Of a DNA stretch of 64,000 bases, positions 39,187 to 53,400 are shown one piece after another; the stretch's first letter is position 1; every line of letters starts with the position of its first letter. The DNA is from Ministeria vibrans ATCC 50519. Lineage: Eukaryota; Protista; Filasterea. Both the position numbers and the translations under genes were made by a program. The notes under the pieces are model-generated. The model had not been told where the DNA came from, made no database searches, and worked only from the letters and a program-made list of their open reading frames with translations. The stretch spans positions 1 to 64,000 of the forward strand of contig CALSCP010002128.1 of the NCBI GenBank assembly GCA_943704425.1. The letters run 5' to 3'.

Positions 39187-39643
39187 ATAAGTGGAGCCAC
39201 AATGATACAGAGGTGAGGCACAACAACAATTAATTTCGGAATCGGCTAAATAAACGAGAATCGTTTACACAAAGCGCTTACTCAGTCCGATAACTCATGA
39301 TAAGCGTGCTATGTGACTTTAAACAAGGTTTTGCTGGGTGGGTTGACAGCTGGGCGACAACAGGAGGAGAAAGAAGAAAAAGAGTGAATAATAATTATTA
39401 CGGATTCGGAATTCCCAATTCTGACACAACTCTGGCACGGGTCGAAACCGTCGACTTGAAGTCTAGAACATTACAGTGGTCACGCTCAATAATCAGTCCA
39501 CAAGAATGTGAGGCCAATGAAAATTCATTTATTTACATTGAAATCTGAATTTTCTTGAATTAGTCGTTTACTTTCAAGCACTGTGGTGAGTGTGGTCACC
39601 TTGCTCGCGACCCTTGCACATCGCTTAGATTCCTGCTGCGGAA

Positions 39644-41279
39644 ATGATCGGAAGTACTTCAGCTCTCTTCGCCCTGACAACCATTGTAGTGCTGATCGCC
39701 TTTCTCTTTGCTGACACGCCAAACGAGCCGTTCCCGCGCCACCGGTGGTCCCACGACACTCTGACCAACGCTGTGCAGCACAGAGAACCCCTTGTACTGA
39801 CGCACCCTGCGCTGGACGCGTATGTCGCCTCAGACAGGTTTGCACTTTCGCACTTGTGCACTCTTGTCTCAGACGAACTGAGCGACGTGTACGTCGCACC
39901 ACGCTCCGACGTGCTTTACGATGATCGGTCGCGACCCTATGCAAACCATACAGAGCTGGTGGGCGCGCCGGCGTACGCCAAAGTGTCGATGAGTTGTGCT
40001 GAATTCACTCTGCGCAGTCGACACCCTCAGCAGTATCGCAAGTTTGTCTACTACTCGCGCCAACTTGATCGAGACTTTGAAACCTTTCCGACGCCTCCTC
40101 TGGATCTGTCCGTTGACGATCCACTGGTCGACACGGACGTCGTGCACTCCACCAACATTTGGGTGGGACACAATGTCACAGCACACACACACTACGACGC
40201 CACACACAACATTTTTGTCCAACTCTCCGGTCGAAAACGCTTTACACTCTATCCTCCCCGTTTCATTCCCGCCATGCAACCCTACCCGGAGGCGCACGTT
40301 CACGACCGCCAGTCACAAGTAAAGCAACAAGAACGATATAATTCAAGTCCTATCCCGACCTATCCCTAACTGTCCCGACCTATCCCCACCTATCCCGACC
40401 TATCCCTAGNNNNNNNNTCCTATCCCGACCTATCCCTAACTGTCCCGACCTATCCCCACCTATCCCGACCTATCCCTAGTCGTCCTAAGAGAGTATAACT
40501 ATAAATTTAATAATGACTAATAATATTATTATTAGTTTCGTATTATCTATTCTCGATTCACCATTATTTTTCTTTCTGTTCTTATTTCATTATTATAGCT
40601 GCCTTTTCCAGATGACGATGCTCTTCCCCCGAGTGCTTCCATCACGATCGTGCTTGCGGCTGGTGAGGCACTGTACCTTCCCCCGGGCTGGTTGCACCGC
40701 GTCCACGCTGTGGGTGAAAGTGTCTCCATCAACGTCTGGTCTCATTCAGCTGAAGAACTGCTCATTCAACAGGCCAATAAAGTGCCCGTCGCACAGTCTC
40801 TTCTCTCGCGTGAGGTCGACACGCGGGAGCAACGCTTGCGCAAACAACACAGGCTTGTACGTGTTCTCTCTCTTCTTGTCACCGCACTCCATGCCAAACA
40901 ACAACAAAACGAAGAGTCACTTGTTTCAGTTTGGCCCTCCAATGCAACACAATTACTCCGCACTCTCCTGCAACAGCGCTACTCAGCGCACTTCTCTACC
41001 CTTCTCCCTCACTGTGCTCCCGCCGACTTCAACAGTGACCATTGTCCTCACTTTGACCCATCCGAACTCAGTGGAGACGAAGAAGACTCAAAGGAACAAG
41101 TGCAAATGGCCTATGGACTCGCAACGGTCTTTCACCACACAATGAGCTCCTTACGCAAAGGCGGAACGGTCCATCTGGAATTAGTGCGTCAGGTTTTATT
41201 GACCTACGTTGAGCATCTCATTGCGTTTGTCGTGGGACTGCGCAATGTATGTGCCTTTGTCCGGTGTGCGTCTCTTTAA
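39644..41279 (+). CDS. JmjC (cupin_8) 2-oxoglutarate/Fe(II) dioxygenase with N-terminal signal anchor, 2 exons
   Basis: NIWVG..TAHTHYDATHNIFVQLSGRKRFTLYPP (HxD) and GEALYLPPGWLHRV (distal His); hydrophobic N-terminus; intron ~40319-40598. Confidence 0.9.
40348..40479. repeat. 10-bp minisatellite (ACCTATCCCG-like), duplicated across an 8-N gap
   Basis: 40348-40409 is repeated at 40418-40479 either side of the Ns. Confidence 0.85.
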
Positions 41280-41331
41280 ACCGAATAAATAAGACGTTAT
41301 TGTAGCATAAGATTAATAATAAAATAATAAT

Positions 41332-41373
<42 letters not shown>

Positions 41374-42199
41374 TTTTATTATTATTATTACTATTGTTTG
41401 GCTTGCGGTGCCTAAATAGTGTGCTTTTGAATATTGGAAGGTATTATTGTGACTGATAATGAAATGTCTTCTTCTTCCAATTTCTATTGTGGTGGTTAAA
41501 CTGATGCCATTTTTTTAACTACAGGAGCATTGAAAGAGTCAGAGAGAACAAAGGTAGAATTGATGATAGTCCTCAACAGTAGAATTCGCCTTTAGTCGAA
41601 ACCGGATCAAATGAATCAAAATTCAGACATTTTTCTTCACTTTCAATTGTACGTTGATTTGTGCCTCGTAAATTATGCGCGTGTTTCATATAATTATATG
41701 TTTTTCGTAATGAATTGAGAATAACAGCAAGTCACATATCACAAGAAGACAAAGTTGGGACGAATTACAAAAAAAAAAACGTGTGAATATTCGACTTCGA
41801 CTTTCAAAAAAAAATAACAGAGTCCCCAAGAAAGTTGACCTAGTCGAGGTTTGAAATTCATATCAATGCTCGCTGTTTGCTTAATTGTCTCAACACATGG
41901 AAAATGCTGGGATGAAAGCATGAAAATAATTTATTATTGAGGGTCGCAACCGCGACATAAACAGTTTCTATCATAAATATAATTTACGGACACCCTATCA
42001 ATTTATATTTTGAGTATTGGTTTATGATGGAGCATGGAAGCATTGTATTGCACTTTTGACCACTCCTTCAATTACCCTTGACGTTTATAATTATTCCTAT
42101 TTTTACTGAAACAATAATTGTTTTTGGAAAGCAACCGAAATCGGAGCGACGGATATTCAGAAGATATTCATGCTAATAAAGTGGCTATGCCTTGCTTAG

Positions 42200-42988
42200 A
42201 TGTCAAGCGACGCCGACGCAAGCAGCAGCGAAATTGTTCCGCTTCCCAAGAGTGGCAAGACTCTGACTCGGTCGAAGTTGGAAATTGAAGAGGTGTCTCG
42301 ACTGACGGTTGAGACGAGCGTCGAGGCCACGACTCCCGCGATCGATGGAGAAACCCCAAATGTGGCAATTGAAGAGGGGTTTCGACTTACGCAGGAGGCC
42401 AGCGACGTCAAGGTCTACAAGAATCCTACGACGGACGACGAGGGTGCAGCTGACACCATTATTGTGAGTCAGAGCGTCACACAAAGTGTGGAGCAGAATA
42501 TCTCCGCTTCGGAACATCACATTCACGTGACGCGCTGTTCTCCCGGCAAGCAAAACCCCGCGTGTTGTGCTCTGCGCTCCTGTCGCATGGCTTGCTGTGC
42601 CACACTGTGGCTGAGCGCTCTCATTCCCAGCGTGCTCGTGAAGGGTCTTTTCTCACTGTGTGACGCTTGTGAAAGCTGCGACGAGACCGTTTGGGCGTGC
42701 CTCGGAAGAGAGATGTCGACCGGATGGCTACTCAATGTGTGTGGTTCGGTATGCAACGACTTTCAGTGTCCCAGTGCGTGCAATGGAAATGGGCTCAACG
42801 ACGACTGCTGCGGCACGCACTTCCCTTGCAAGTCATTGATGCCCAACACGGTGGGCCAGCGAGGACGCCGTCTCATGGTGTACTATTTTGATGACGAACC
42901 ATCGCGCACCATGACGCGCCTTGAGCGCTGCGACTTAAGCAGCCGAGACATTGACCTCACCGATGTGATCACGAAACAGCCAACGTAA
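42200..42988 (+). CDS. Hypothetical protein: acidic Ser/Thr-rich N-half, Cys-rich hydrophobic C-half
   Basis: 262-aa ORF with coding-like GC content in AT-rich flanks; AG immediately before the ATG hints at upstream exons (~41465-41552). Confidence 0.6.
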   Translation: MSSDADASSSEIVPLPKSGKTLTRSKLEIEEVSRLTVETSVEATTPAIDGETPNVAIEEGFRLTQEASDVKVYKNPTTDDEGAADTIIVSQSVTQSVEQNISASEHHIHVTRCSPGKQNPACCALRSCRMACCATLWLSALIPSVLVKGLFSLCDACESCDETVWACLGREMSTGWLLNVCGSVCNDFQCPSACNGNGLNDDCCGTHFPCKSLMPNTVGQRGRRLMVYYFDDEPSRTMTRLERCDLSSRDIDLTDVITKQPT

Positions 42989-43197
42989 ACACACAACTTG
43001 ACTGTGCGAGTGAGGAGAGTCTAAACAAGTTGGTTTAGTAAATCACCCACATTTTTTACGGGGCAAAACTCGCGCAAAGCCGCAACCCTTTTCTTCTCAT
43101 TACACGTTTTATTGATCGAAGGACACTCACTGCCTAGAGTAGAAACTAATCTGACTCGAGAAATCAGATTTACAGATTCAAAATTAATAATAATAAT

Positions 43198-43228
<31 letters not shown>

Positions 43229-43380
43229 TTTGTTTATTATTAAAACAAGACAATAAACAAATTAATAAAGAGGAGGCACAATACTTCCGCCGTAGACTTT
43301 TAGACGAGAATGCCCCGAAAGAAGCCCAATAATGAAGAATGCACATGAATTATGAGTCAATCGATGCACATTTATCATGT

Positions 43381-43515
43381 NNNNNNNNNNNNNNNNNNNN
43401 NNNNNNNNNNNNNNNNNNNNNNNNNNNNNNNNNNNNNNNNNNNNNNNNNNNNNNNNNNNNNNNNNNNNNNNNNNNNNNNNNNNNNNNNNNNNNNNNNNNN
43501 NNNNNNNNNNNNNNN
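43381..43515. other. Assembly gap (N run)
   Basis: Run of Ns. Confidence 0.99.
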
Positions 43516-43650
43516 CTATACTCAAGACGCACTAATGTTACTATAAGTTAAAGAGACGTGAAGACTTGATGCATTACTTTTGACACAAAAGATTAAATTA
43601 TTCATTAATTAATCATCTCTTGCTCTTCACAGGCTACCCCATCCTTGAAC

Positions 43651-44022
43651 ATGGCTCAACATGGTGCCACACTACAGACATACAACAACGAGCTTGTGAA
43701 ACGTACGGGAAAACGCAAAATCGAACTTTCAGCTCATTCATTTTATGGCAGATATTGAGGAACTCAAGGCAAAGCGCGAAGGAGTACAAGCCCAAATATC
43801 CAAGGAGGAGGATGAGAAGGCCAAAATCGAGCACGACCTGCAGATTCTTCAGGTTTTCATCTTTTTTTGCCGTTTGATTCGAACTCAACTCACTTCTAAT
43901 CGACTTAGGACCGATTAAGGCGCGTCACCGAGTCGTTAGGGAGATCAGTTGCTTCCCGAAACGAGTACGACAGAACCATTCGCGAGACAGAGTCTGCTTA
44001 TGCGAAGGTACGTCTCATTTTG

Positions 44023-44053
<31 letters not shown>

Positions 44054-44184
44054 ATTGTGTCGATGATACTGCGCTTCTTTAGATTCTGGAGTCGACCCAG
44101 ACACTGTTGAATGCTCTTAAGAGAGAGACTGTCTCTATTGACAGAGATTCACCGACCAGTCTGCTCATTAGACACAACGACTGA
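43651..44184 (+). CDS. SSNA1: SSNA1 / NA14 / DIP13 microtubule- and centriole-associated coiled-coil protein, 4 exons
   Basis: Spliced [17 protein letters not shown]|..[24 protein letters not shown]|[20 protein letters not shown]|[15 protein letters not shown]; not in the ORF track because the exons are short. Confidence 0.92.
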
Positions 44185-44424
44185 TCGCACTTTATTATAC
44201 ACTTAAGACACATTGAATAAACTAATACCGATTCACCAGTAGCAGCTGTAGCATTCCTAATATCTTACATCTCTGTTGGCTGTTCGCGCCATCTTTTAAT
44301 TGTTTGACGTGTTTCTTGATAAAATTATACCGACAAGACAAAAAGATGACTTATTTGACTTATTCATATTAAAATATCAATTACAATCACTTTCCCGTTC
44401 TCCCCACCACCGCATTGTTGTTGA

Positions 44425-47342
<2,918 letters not shown>

Positions 47343-47447
47343 CACAATAATTATGAATGATAATAAAAACACCAAAATAATTTGTCTTTACTTTTCAATT
47401 TTCACATCTCGCTCTCAATCAATCTCTTACTTTCACTGTTCCACTTC

Positions 47448-50400
47448 TCAACTTACACTCTCATCATTACCGGAGCCCACTGCCTCTGCCAGCGCCGCTC
47501 CAACATCGCGCAACTGGCGCTGCTGATCACGTCCGCAAATCTCGGCCAGTTGCATCACAATGTCCTGGAAGATAGGCCGCTGTAGACGGTCAGCCGCCCA
47601 GCACGACATCAAAATCTCCCACAGATCATCAGGAACACCCTTGGGACGCTGCAGACGGTCGCCGTTGGAGAATAACGTGAGAAGGCCGCTCGTAGGTACG
47701 CCCGAGTACGGTCGCACCATGCCGTACGACAGAATCTCCCACACACAAATCGCATAGGACCACGCTTCGCTCTCGCGGAAGTGTCGCCCCGACGACAGCA
47801 CCTCCATTGCCATCCAGCGCACCGGCAACTGCGTGCCCTTGGGAACACGGAATCCCTCCTCCATCTCTGTTCCTTCCACACGCACCGCCAGTCCAAAGTC
47901 AGCAATCTTCACATTGCTGCCCGCAAACAGCAGACAGTTGCGCGCCGCCAAATCACGATGCAAAATGCCCTGGCCCACCAGATAGTGCATGCCACGCGCA
48001 ATCTGCAGTGCCATCGCGACCTTCTCCGCCATCTTCATGTCAAAGCTGGCCTTCCGCACCCGTCGCATAAATGTGCGCACATCACCATACTCCGCAAACG
48101 CACTCACAATCAGCCACGGCTCTCGGTCCATACACACGCCCGTCAGCGACAGTGTGTTCACGTGTGAAAAGGACGCCAGCAGATTCGCCTCGGCCACAAA
48201 ATCTTCTTGATCCTTCTTGCTCGCATTCTCATTCAGCGTCTTCACCGCACAGTACGACAGCACTCCACGCGTATCGCGATGCGACGCCTTCAGTACAAAC
48301 CCAAAGTTGCCCTTTCCCACCTCCATCTCAAAGGTCAACCGGCCCCGATCAAACTGCTTGCCCGGCAGACAGTTGTCCAAGTCCTCGCGATCATCGTCAT
48401 CATCGTACCCACCCAGTCCATCCATTTCATCCATCTTCGGTAGTGCTTCAAAGATCCCCTTGTGTCGCTGTTGCTCCACCTCTTCCGTCTTCACCACCAA
48501 ATAGTTTTGCACCTAAAAAAACAAAATCGCAACACACATATTGTTTAGTATAATTACTTCAATAATCCTAAACTTTCTCCCTCTCTCACACACTCTCTCT
48601 TCAATAAATAAAAACTAATAATGATAATAATAATAAGAATTATTATTATTATTATTATTAATAACTATTATAATAATTATTATCATTATTATTTTTGATA
48701 TTATATTAATTATTAGTAAATGTTTTTTTATACCTCTGGGTTTCCATACTCATGCTGACGGTAGTCGCTGCTGAAGAGTGTACCAGTGTCGCCCTCGTAA
48801 TCGTCGCCAATGTCCTTGTAGTCATCGTTGTCGTTGATAAGGTCCAGGTAGATTTCGCTTGCCTGGATGCCAGGCGCATTGTATAGCTCACTGGCAGGCA
48901 CCGCAGGCACACTGAATGTCTGTGGTCGTGGACCCTTTGGCGGCGCCTGCTCTTCCTCTTCCTCTTCTAGTGTCACATAGGTACCACCCGCCTTGCCAGG
49001 CGCCGGTTCCACATAGCCAATGGACGAGGCGGCGTCGTTCGACTCGCCCATAGGCACACCAGCAAGCGTCAGCGCCGAGTACGGTCGGCCTGCACCGCGC
49101 CCACTCACCACAGTCGGCTCGTCTTCATTCGCATCCTCCAACATCACCCCATCCGCACCCACAGGTCGAATGCTGGCTCGGTGACGCCCAAACACAAGCG
49201 GATTGATCGTCTGGTCAGCATTCAATTCGTCCATCTCAAGTGACTCGTTGCGCGCACGCGACGAATCGCGCGTCAGCACGCTCTGCGAGTGCGACTGCTG
49301 ACGAATCAACTCTGATCGACCCAACGATTTTCTCCGCACTCGGCGATGGCGCAACACCAACAGAATCGCCACCAACACAATGAGCAGACACACAACGGCC
49401 GCCGCGGCCCCAATAATGATTGTGGTCGATCCGCTCGACGAACCAGAGCCGGTCACGGGCGCATTCACGTAGGCCGCCATTACACTCAGGTGCCTCAGCT
49501 GTCCAATCACATAGCCAGCCGTGGCATTCACTCGAACCATTTCAATTGCCTCAAACGGTCCCGAGCCCGACGACGCATAAATCTGCACGCGACTCCACTC
49601 GTCCGCCGACAGAGTCGTAGTAATGCCAATGCGAAAAAGCACATAAGGAAGCGAAAAGGTCGCGCCACTCGGCTCCACGCGCACATAACCACTGGCACGA
49701 CGCTCAATGCCCGACGGATCCGTCGACAACGAGGGATCGCCGGCCGCCACAGTAAACACTTGGAAGATCGTCGGCGATGTCACACTGCCCAGCTTCACTT
49801 CAAGCTGCACTTGCAGTAAAGCACACGGTCCCGTCTCGCCGCCGTCAATCGTCACGTCAATCGTGCCGTCTGCGTATGCCGTGACACACTCTGTGTCGTC
49901 CATACCTGTCTCGCACACATCACCTGTATAGGTTGCCAGACACGTACACGAATGCACTCCCTGCACCGACGTACACGTGCCAAAATTTTGACAGGGGTCC
50001 GACGCGCACGCATCAATAAAGGAGTCGCAGTGCGTGCCCGTGCGCTGCGCCGTGCACGTGCAGTCGTAACCCACTGCACCCGCACGCTCAACACACGTCG
50101 CTCCACCCTGACACGGCGACGACGCACAAAATGCAATGTCCGTCTCACACGCCGCACCGGTAGTGTCTGACAAACATGCACACGTATAGCCGGCAAGCTG
50201 GTCCGTACACGTTCCTCCATTGTGACACGGCATCGACGCACACTCGTCTGTCTCCGTCGCACACACACTGCCCTCGTAGCCACTTGCACACGCACACGCA
50301 AACTGATTTATGCCATCTGTACATGTGCCCCCATTCTGACAGGGTGACGAAGCGCACTCGTCAATGTTCACAGTGCACAACGCGTCCGTGAAACCACTTG

Positions 50401-53400
50401 CACAGGTACAGGTGTACGCAGCAGTCCCATCAACACACGTTGCGCCGTTGTGGCACGGTGACGAGGCACACTCGTCAAGGGCCGTCTCGCACGCAACACC
50501 GCCAAAGCCAGTGCCGTCGCATGCACACGAAAAAGAAAAGACGCCGTCCGAACAAGTGCCACCGTTCTGGCACGGCGTTGAGGCGCATTCATCCACATCC
50601 GTCTCACAATTGCTGCCCACATGACCAGTCGCACTACAGTCGCACGTGTAGGTCGCTGCGGATGGTGCCTGGCACGCTCCACCGTTGAGACACGGCGCAC
50701 TCGCACACGGCGACGTCGGCTCCACATCACAGAGGGTCCCCACAAAGCTTGTACCAGTGCAATCACACGTGAAGCTGCCAATGCCATCGCTGCACACACC
50801 TGCATTGACACACGGTGACGAAGCACACTCGTCAATGTTCACGGTACACAATCCATCGGTGTAACCACTCGCACAAGTACACGAGTATCCATTCACCGAG
50901 TCCACACACGTGCCCCCATTTTGGCAAGGCATCGAGGCACACTCGTTTGTATCCGTTGCACACAGACCCCCTTCGTAGCCACTTGCACACGCACACGCAA
51001 ACCCATCGACAGCATCGGTACAAGTCGCCCCGTTTTCACACGGCGACGAAGCGCACTCGTCAATGTTCACAGTGCACAACGCGTCCGTGAAACCACTTGC
51101 ACAGGTACAGGTGTACGCAGCAGTCCCATCAACACACGTTGCGCCGTTGTGGCACGGTGACGAGGCACACTCGTCAAGGGCCGTCTCGCACGCAACACCG
51201 CCAAAGCCAGTGCCGTCGCATGCACACGAAAAAGAAAAGACGCTGTCCGAACAAGTGCCACCGTTACGACATGGTGACGACACACACTCATCCACGTCCG
51301 TCTCACAATTGCTGCCCACATGACCAGTCGCACTACAGTCGCACGTGTAGGCCGATGTGGTTGACGTCTGGCAAACTCCACCGTTGAGACACGGCGCACT
51401 CGCACACGGCGACGCCGGCTCCACATCACAGAGGGTCCCCACAAAGCTTGTACCAGTGCAATCACACGTGAAGCTTCCAATGCCATCGCTGCACACACCT
51501 GCATTGGCACACGGCGACGAAGCACACTCGTCAATTNNNNNNNNNNNNNNNNNNNNNNNNNNNNNNNNNNNNNNNNNNNNNNNNNNNNNNNNNNNNNNNN
51601 NNNNNNNNNNNNNNNNNNNNNNNNNNNNNNNNNATCACAGAGGGTCCCCACAAAGCTTGTACCAGTGCAATCACACGTGAAGCTTCCAATGCCATCGCTG
51701 CACACACCTGCATTGGCACACGGCGACGAAGCACACTCGTCAATTGGCGTGCATACAACCTCTTCGCCTTCCCACACGCCATTTAGACAAACTCGATTGA
51801 CGAGCGAACCCGATCGTGCTGTTCCCACATTGCATGACTGCGCACACTCCACCGAGTCAATGGTGGTCGCGGGACATGCACCCACACCGTTGGCAGGCGC
51901 AGCCAGTGCCGGACACTCGGGCAGGCAGGTGCCAGTGGCAGAAGACCAGGCGCCCGTTGACAGACACTGCGACACACCGTCACCGCTCAGTCGTACTGAG
52001 CCGGCAGTGCACTCGTGCACACACGTATCATTCAAACGACCACGCGTACATCCCGTGCCGCTCAGCGTCGAGTTGGTCAGCTGAGGTATCGTCAGGGGTG
52101 CACAGAAACCATCTTCGAGTGTAGCACACGTGGCGCCCGTGTAGCCCACGCGACAGTTACATGTGCCACCGATATTGTCGCAAATGCTAGGCAGAGTACC
52201 CACACTAGAGCATGTACATTGCGTACAAGAGGTCTGTGGACCTTCCATCGTGGGATGTCCAAAAAATCCCGTTGCACAGCTGCACATGTACGTGCCATTC
52301 AGGTTGTTGCAGACGTTTACATTTGAAAGGCACGGGAGGCCTTCGGTACACTCGTCAATGTCCTCGTCGCACGTGTCGCCCGTGTAGCCACTTGGACAGG
52401 TACATGTGTACACACTGGTCGATCCATTGTCGACACATGTCGCGCCGTTCGCGCACGGGGTCGTGAAACACACAGCAAGACTAATCTCGCAAAAGGTGCC
52501 TGTGAATCCCGGCGAGCATAGACACGCACCAGTGCCCAACGCCCCCTCGTCACACTCGCCGTTGAGACATGTGCCACACCTCAGACAACTGGCACCATAG
52601 CGGCCAACGGAACACGAGTCGCACGCACCCGAGCCTTCCACACCGTCGTCACATGCCTGATTCACGCAGAAAGCACTACATGTGTTCAAGCACGACTCAC
52701 CGTAACGCCCCGCAACGCAATCGTCGCAGTGCACCCCCTGAAACCCAGTCGCACACTCACATGTGTAGCCGGAAGACGTGTCTGCAAAGGAAACGCACGT
52801 GGAGCCATGTTCACACGGATTCGACGCGCACGCATCAGAAAGCAATGAGCAGTCGGCGCCCGTTGTGCCTGCCTGACACGCACATGAAAATGTAAACTGC
52901 TCGGGCGCTTGCACACAGAGACCACCATTGACACAGGCGGGCGACGGTGACTGTACCTCGTGAATACCGGCGCGCACATTGATGCCGTCTGGCGTGGTGA
53001 ATGTGCCACTGACAACACTCGCCGTGGACAGCAAGCTGGTAACAAGCTCGGGACAGGCCGTTAGCGTCGCGCCATTGTTAGCAATCGACAGAAAGCCACC
53101 AATTGACGTGATGTTAGAAAGTCCCAATATGTCACGCAAATTGCTGTTGAACGCGACGCGGAAGAAGCCGCCCACAGTCTGGAGCGCAGAAAACGAATCG
53201 AGATGGGTAATGGGTAGCTGGAAGGCAATGTTGACCGAACCACCAATGGTGGTGAGCTGGTGCACAAAGTCAAGCGACTGCATATTGATGTTGCTCGTGC
53301 AGTACAGATCGCCAGTAAGCGTCGTCAACGACCGGCCCAGTGCGTCCGCCGACGTGAGCACGCCGTTGCTAACAAGGGTCAGCGAGCCCAGAATCTCCGT

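Noticed and set aside
40348-40479. CRISPR-like or telomeric repeat
   Set aside because: Short degenerate 10-bp units without unique spacers, inside an intron and duplicated around a gap; eukaryotic context.
49190-49215. NPxY Dab1/PTB docking motif in the Reelin-repeat RTK tail
   Set aside because: The sequence is INPLVF, with no Tyr at the required position.
51067-51633. Real frameshift or pseudogenisation of the giant receptor
   Set aside because: The frame change coincides with an N gap flanked by an exact duplicate; collapsing it restores the frame.
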